Shown: in pieces, positions 63,326 to 64,000 of the stretch
Layout: every line of letters begins with the position of its first letter
Numbering within the stretch: position 1 is the stretch's first letter
Assembly: GCF_006345805.1 (NCBI RefSeq)
Contig: NC_042998.1
Location: 31,744,001-31,808,000 of the forward strand
Source: Octopus sinensis
Taxonomy: Eukaryota
Reading direction: 5' to 3'
Length of the DNA: 64,000 nucleotides
The notes under the pieces: generated by a model
What the model was told of the DNA's origin: nothing
Database searches by the model: none
Seen by the model: the letters and a program-made list of their open reading frames with translations, nothing else
Position numbers and translations under genes: made by a program

Positions 63326-64000
63326 TATATATATATGTATAGATATATAATTGTATAGGAGACAGTTATACTTAAGGGCATGGAAGCACCTGTGCCTATA
63401 TGCTTAAAATAAGTTGGACTTATTTGACGTTATTTTCAGCATATAGGCATGGTAGCTTTCGTACACTTGAGTATAATTGTATCATATACAATTATATATC
63501 TCCATATATGTATTTTACCTAAAAGGTTATTCACCAACTTAAAGAAGTGTCGTATGAGATTCCGAAGTCATCTGAAAGGCCGTGGTTGAAGCCAATGGCA
63601 ATTTTATTGAATAAATTTGCGTTTTAGTATTTCAAGATTTTTTTTGTTTTGTAATGTTGGTAAACATATCTGTTAAAATGAGATGCCGGTGTTATTTTCA
63701 TTTTTGCGTAATATAGACGACAATATATTCACCGCAACTTGTATATTGTATATGAAAACAATGTTTTTGCGGTCAATACTTAATATCTGTTTCATAATAT
63801 ATGAACAATGCAAGTTATATTACATAGTGTTGGTGAGTCAACACAGTCGCCTTGGAATTTCACTTGCTGTATGATGCAACATATAATTCTCAATCATATA
63901 ATTTAGACCATGTACAGCAAAATGTTGCGTCAAAAGGAGTTAATCTATATTTCAGCTTTATTTGAAAGAAGCTCATATTTTTATTACACATATTCGACCT

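Noticed and set aside
1-63400. Dozens of 60-217 aa ORFs rich in YI/HT/CV/MYV or poly-T/Y/I/D/S
   Set aside because: They are translations of stop-free microsatellites, not genes.

Overview
AT-rich eukaryotic, repeat-dominated intergenic/intronic DNA. The SINE families and the very dense (TA)n/(CA)n/(TACA)n microsatellites match those I recall from Octopus genomes (inference, needs Dfam/Repbase confirmation). I cannot confidently identify any intact host protein-coding gene, and most ORFs in the supplied track are microsatellite artefacts (YI/HT/CV repeats). Supported content: three tRNA-derived SINE families (about 20 copies or fragments); fragments of RLE-type (R4/Dong-like), RTE, CR1/L2-like and Penelope retroelements; a near-full-length DD37D (maT) transposon; two mariner relics; a Helentron-associated HINE; fold-back MITE-like elements; and a 5S rRNA pseudogene. 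Best leads: (1) the 5S copy is fused to the 3' tail of a local SINE subfamily, a possible 5S-derived SINE or template-switch chimera; (2) hammerhead-ribozyme-like cores; (3) an A-B-C-C'-B'-A' templated rearrangement at 52-56 kb; (4) a mariner built from two inverted 5' halves; (5) several exon-like cassettes with strong splice signals, one faintly integrin-alpha-like. Edges of degenerate elements are approximate.
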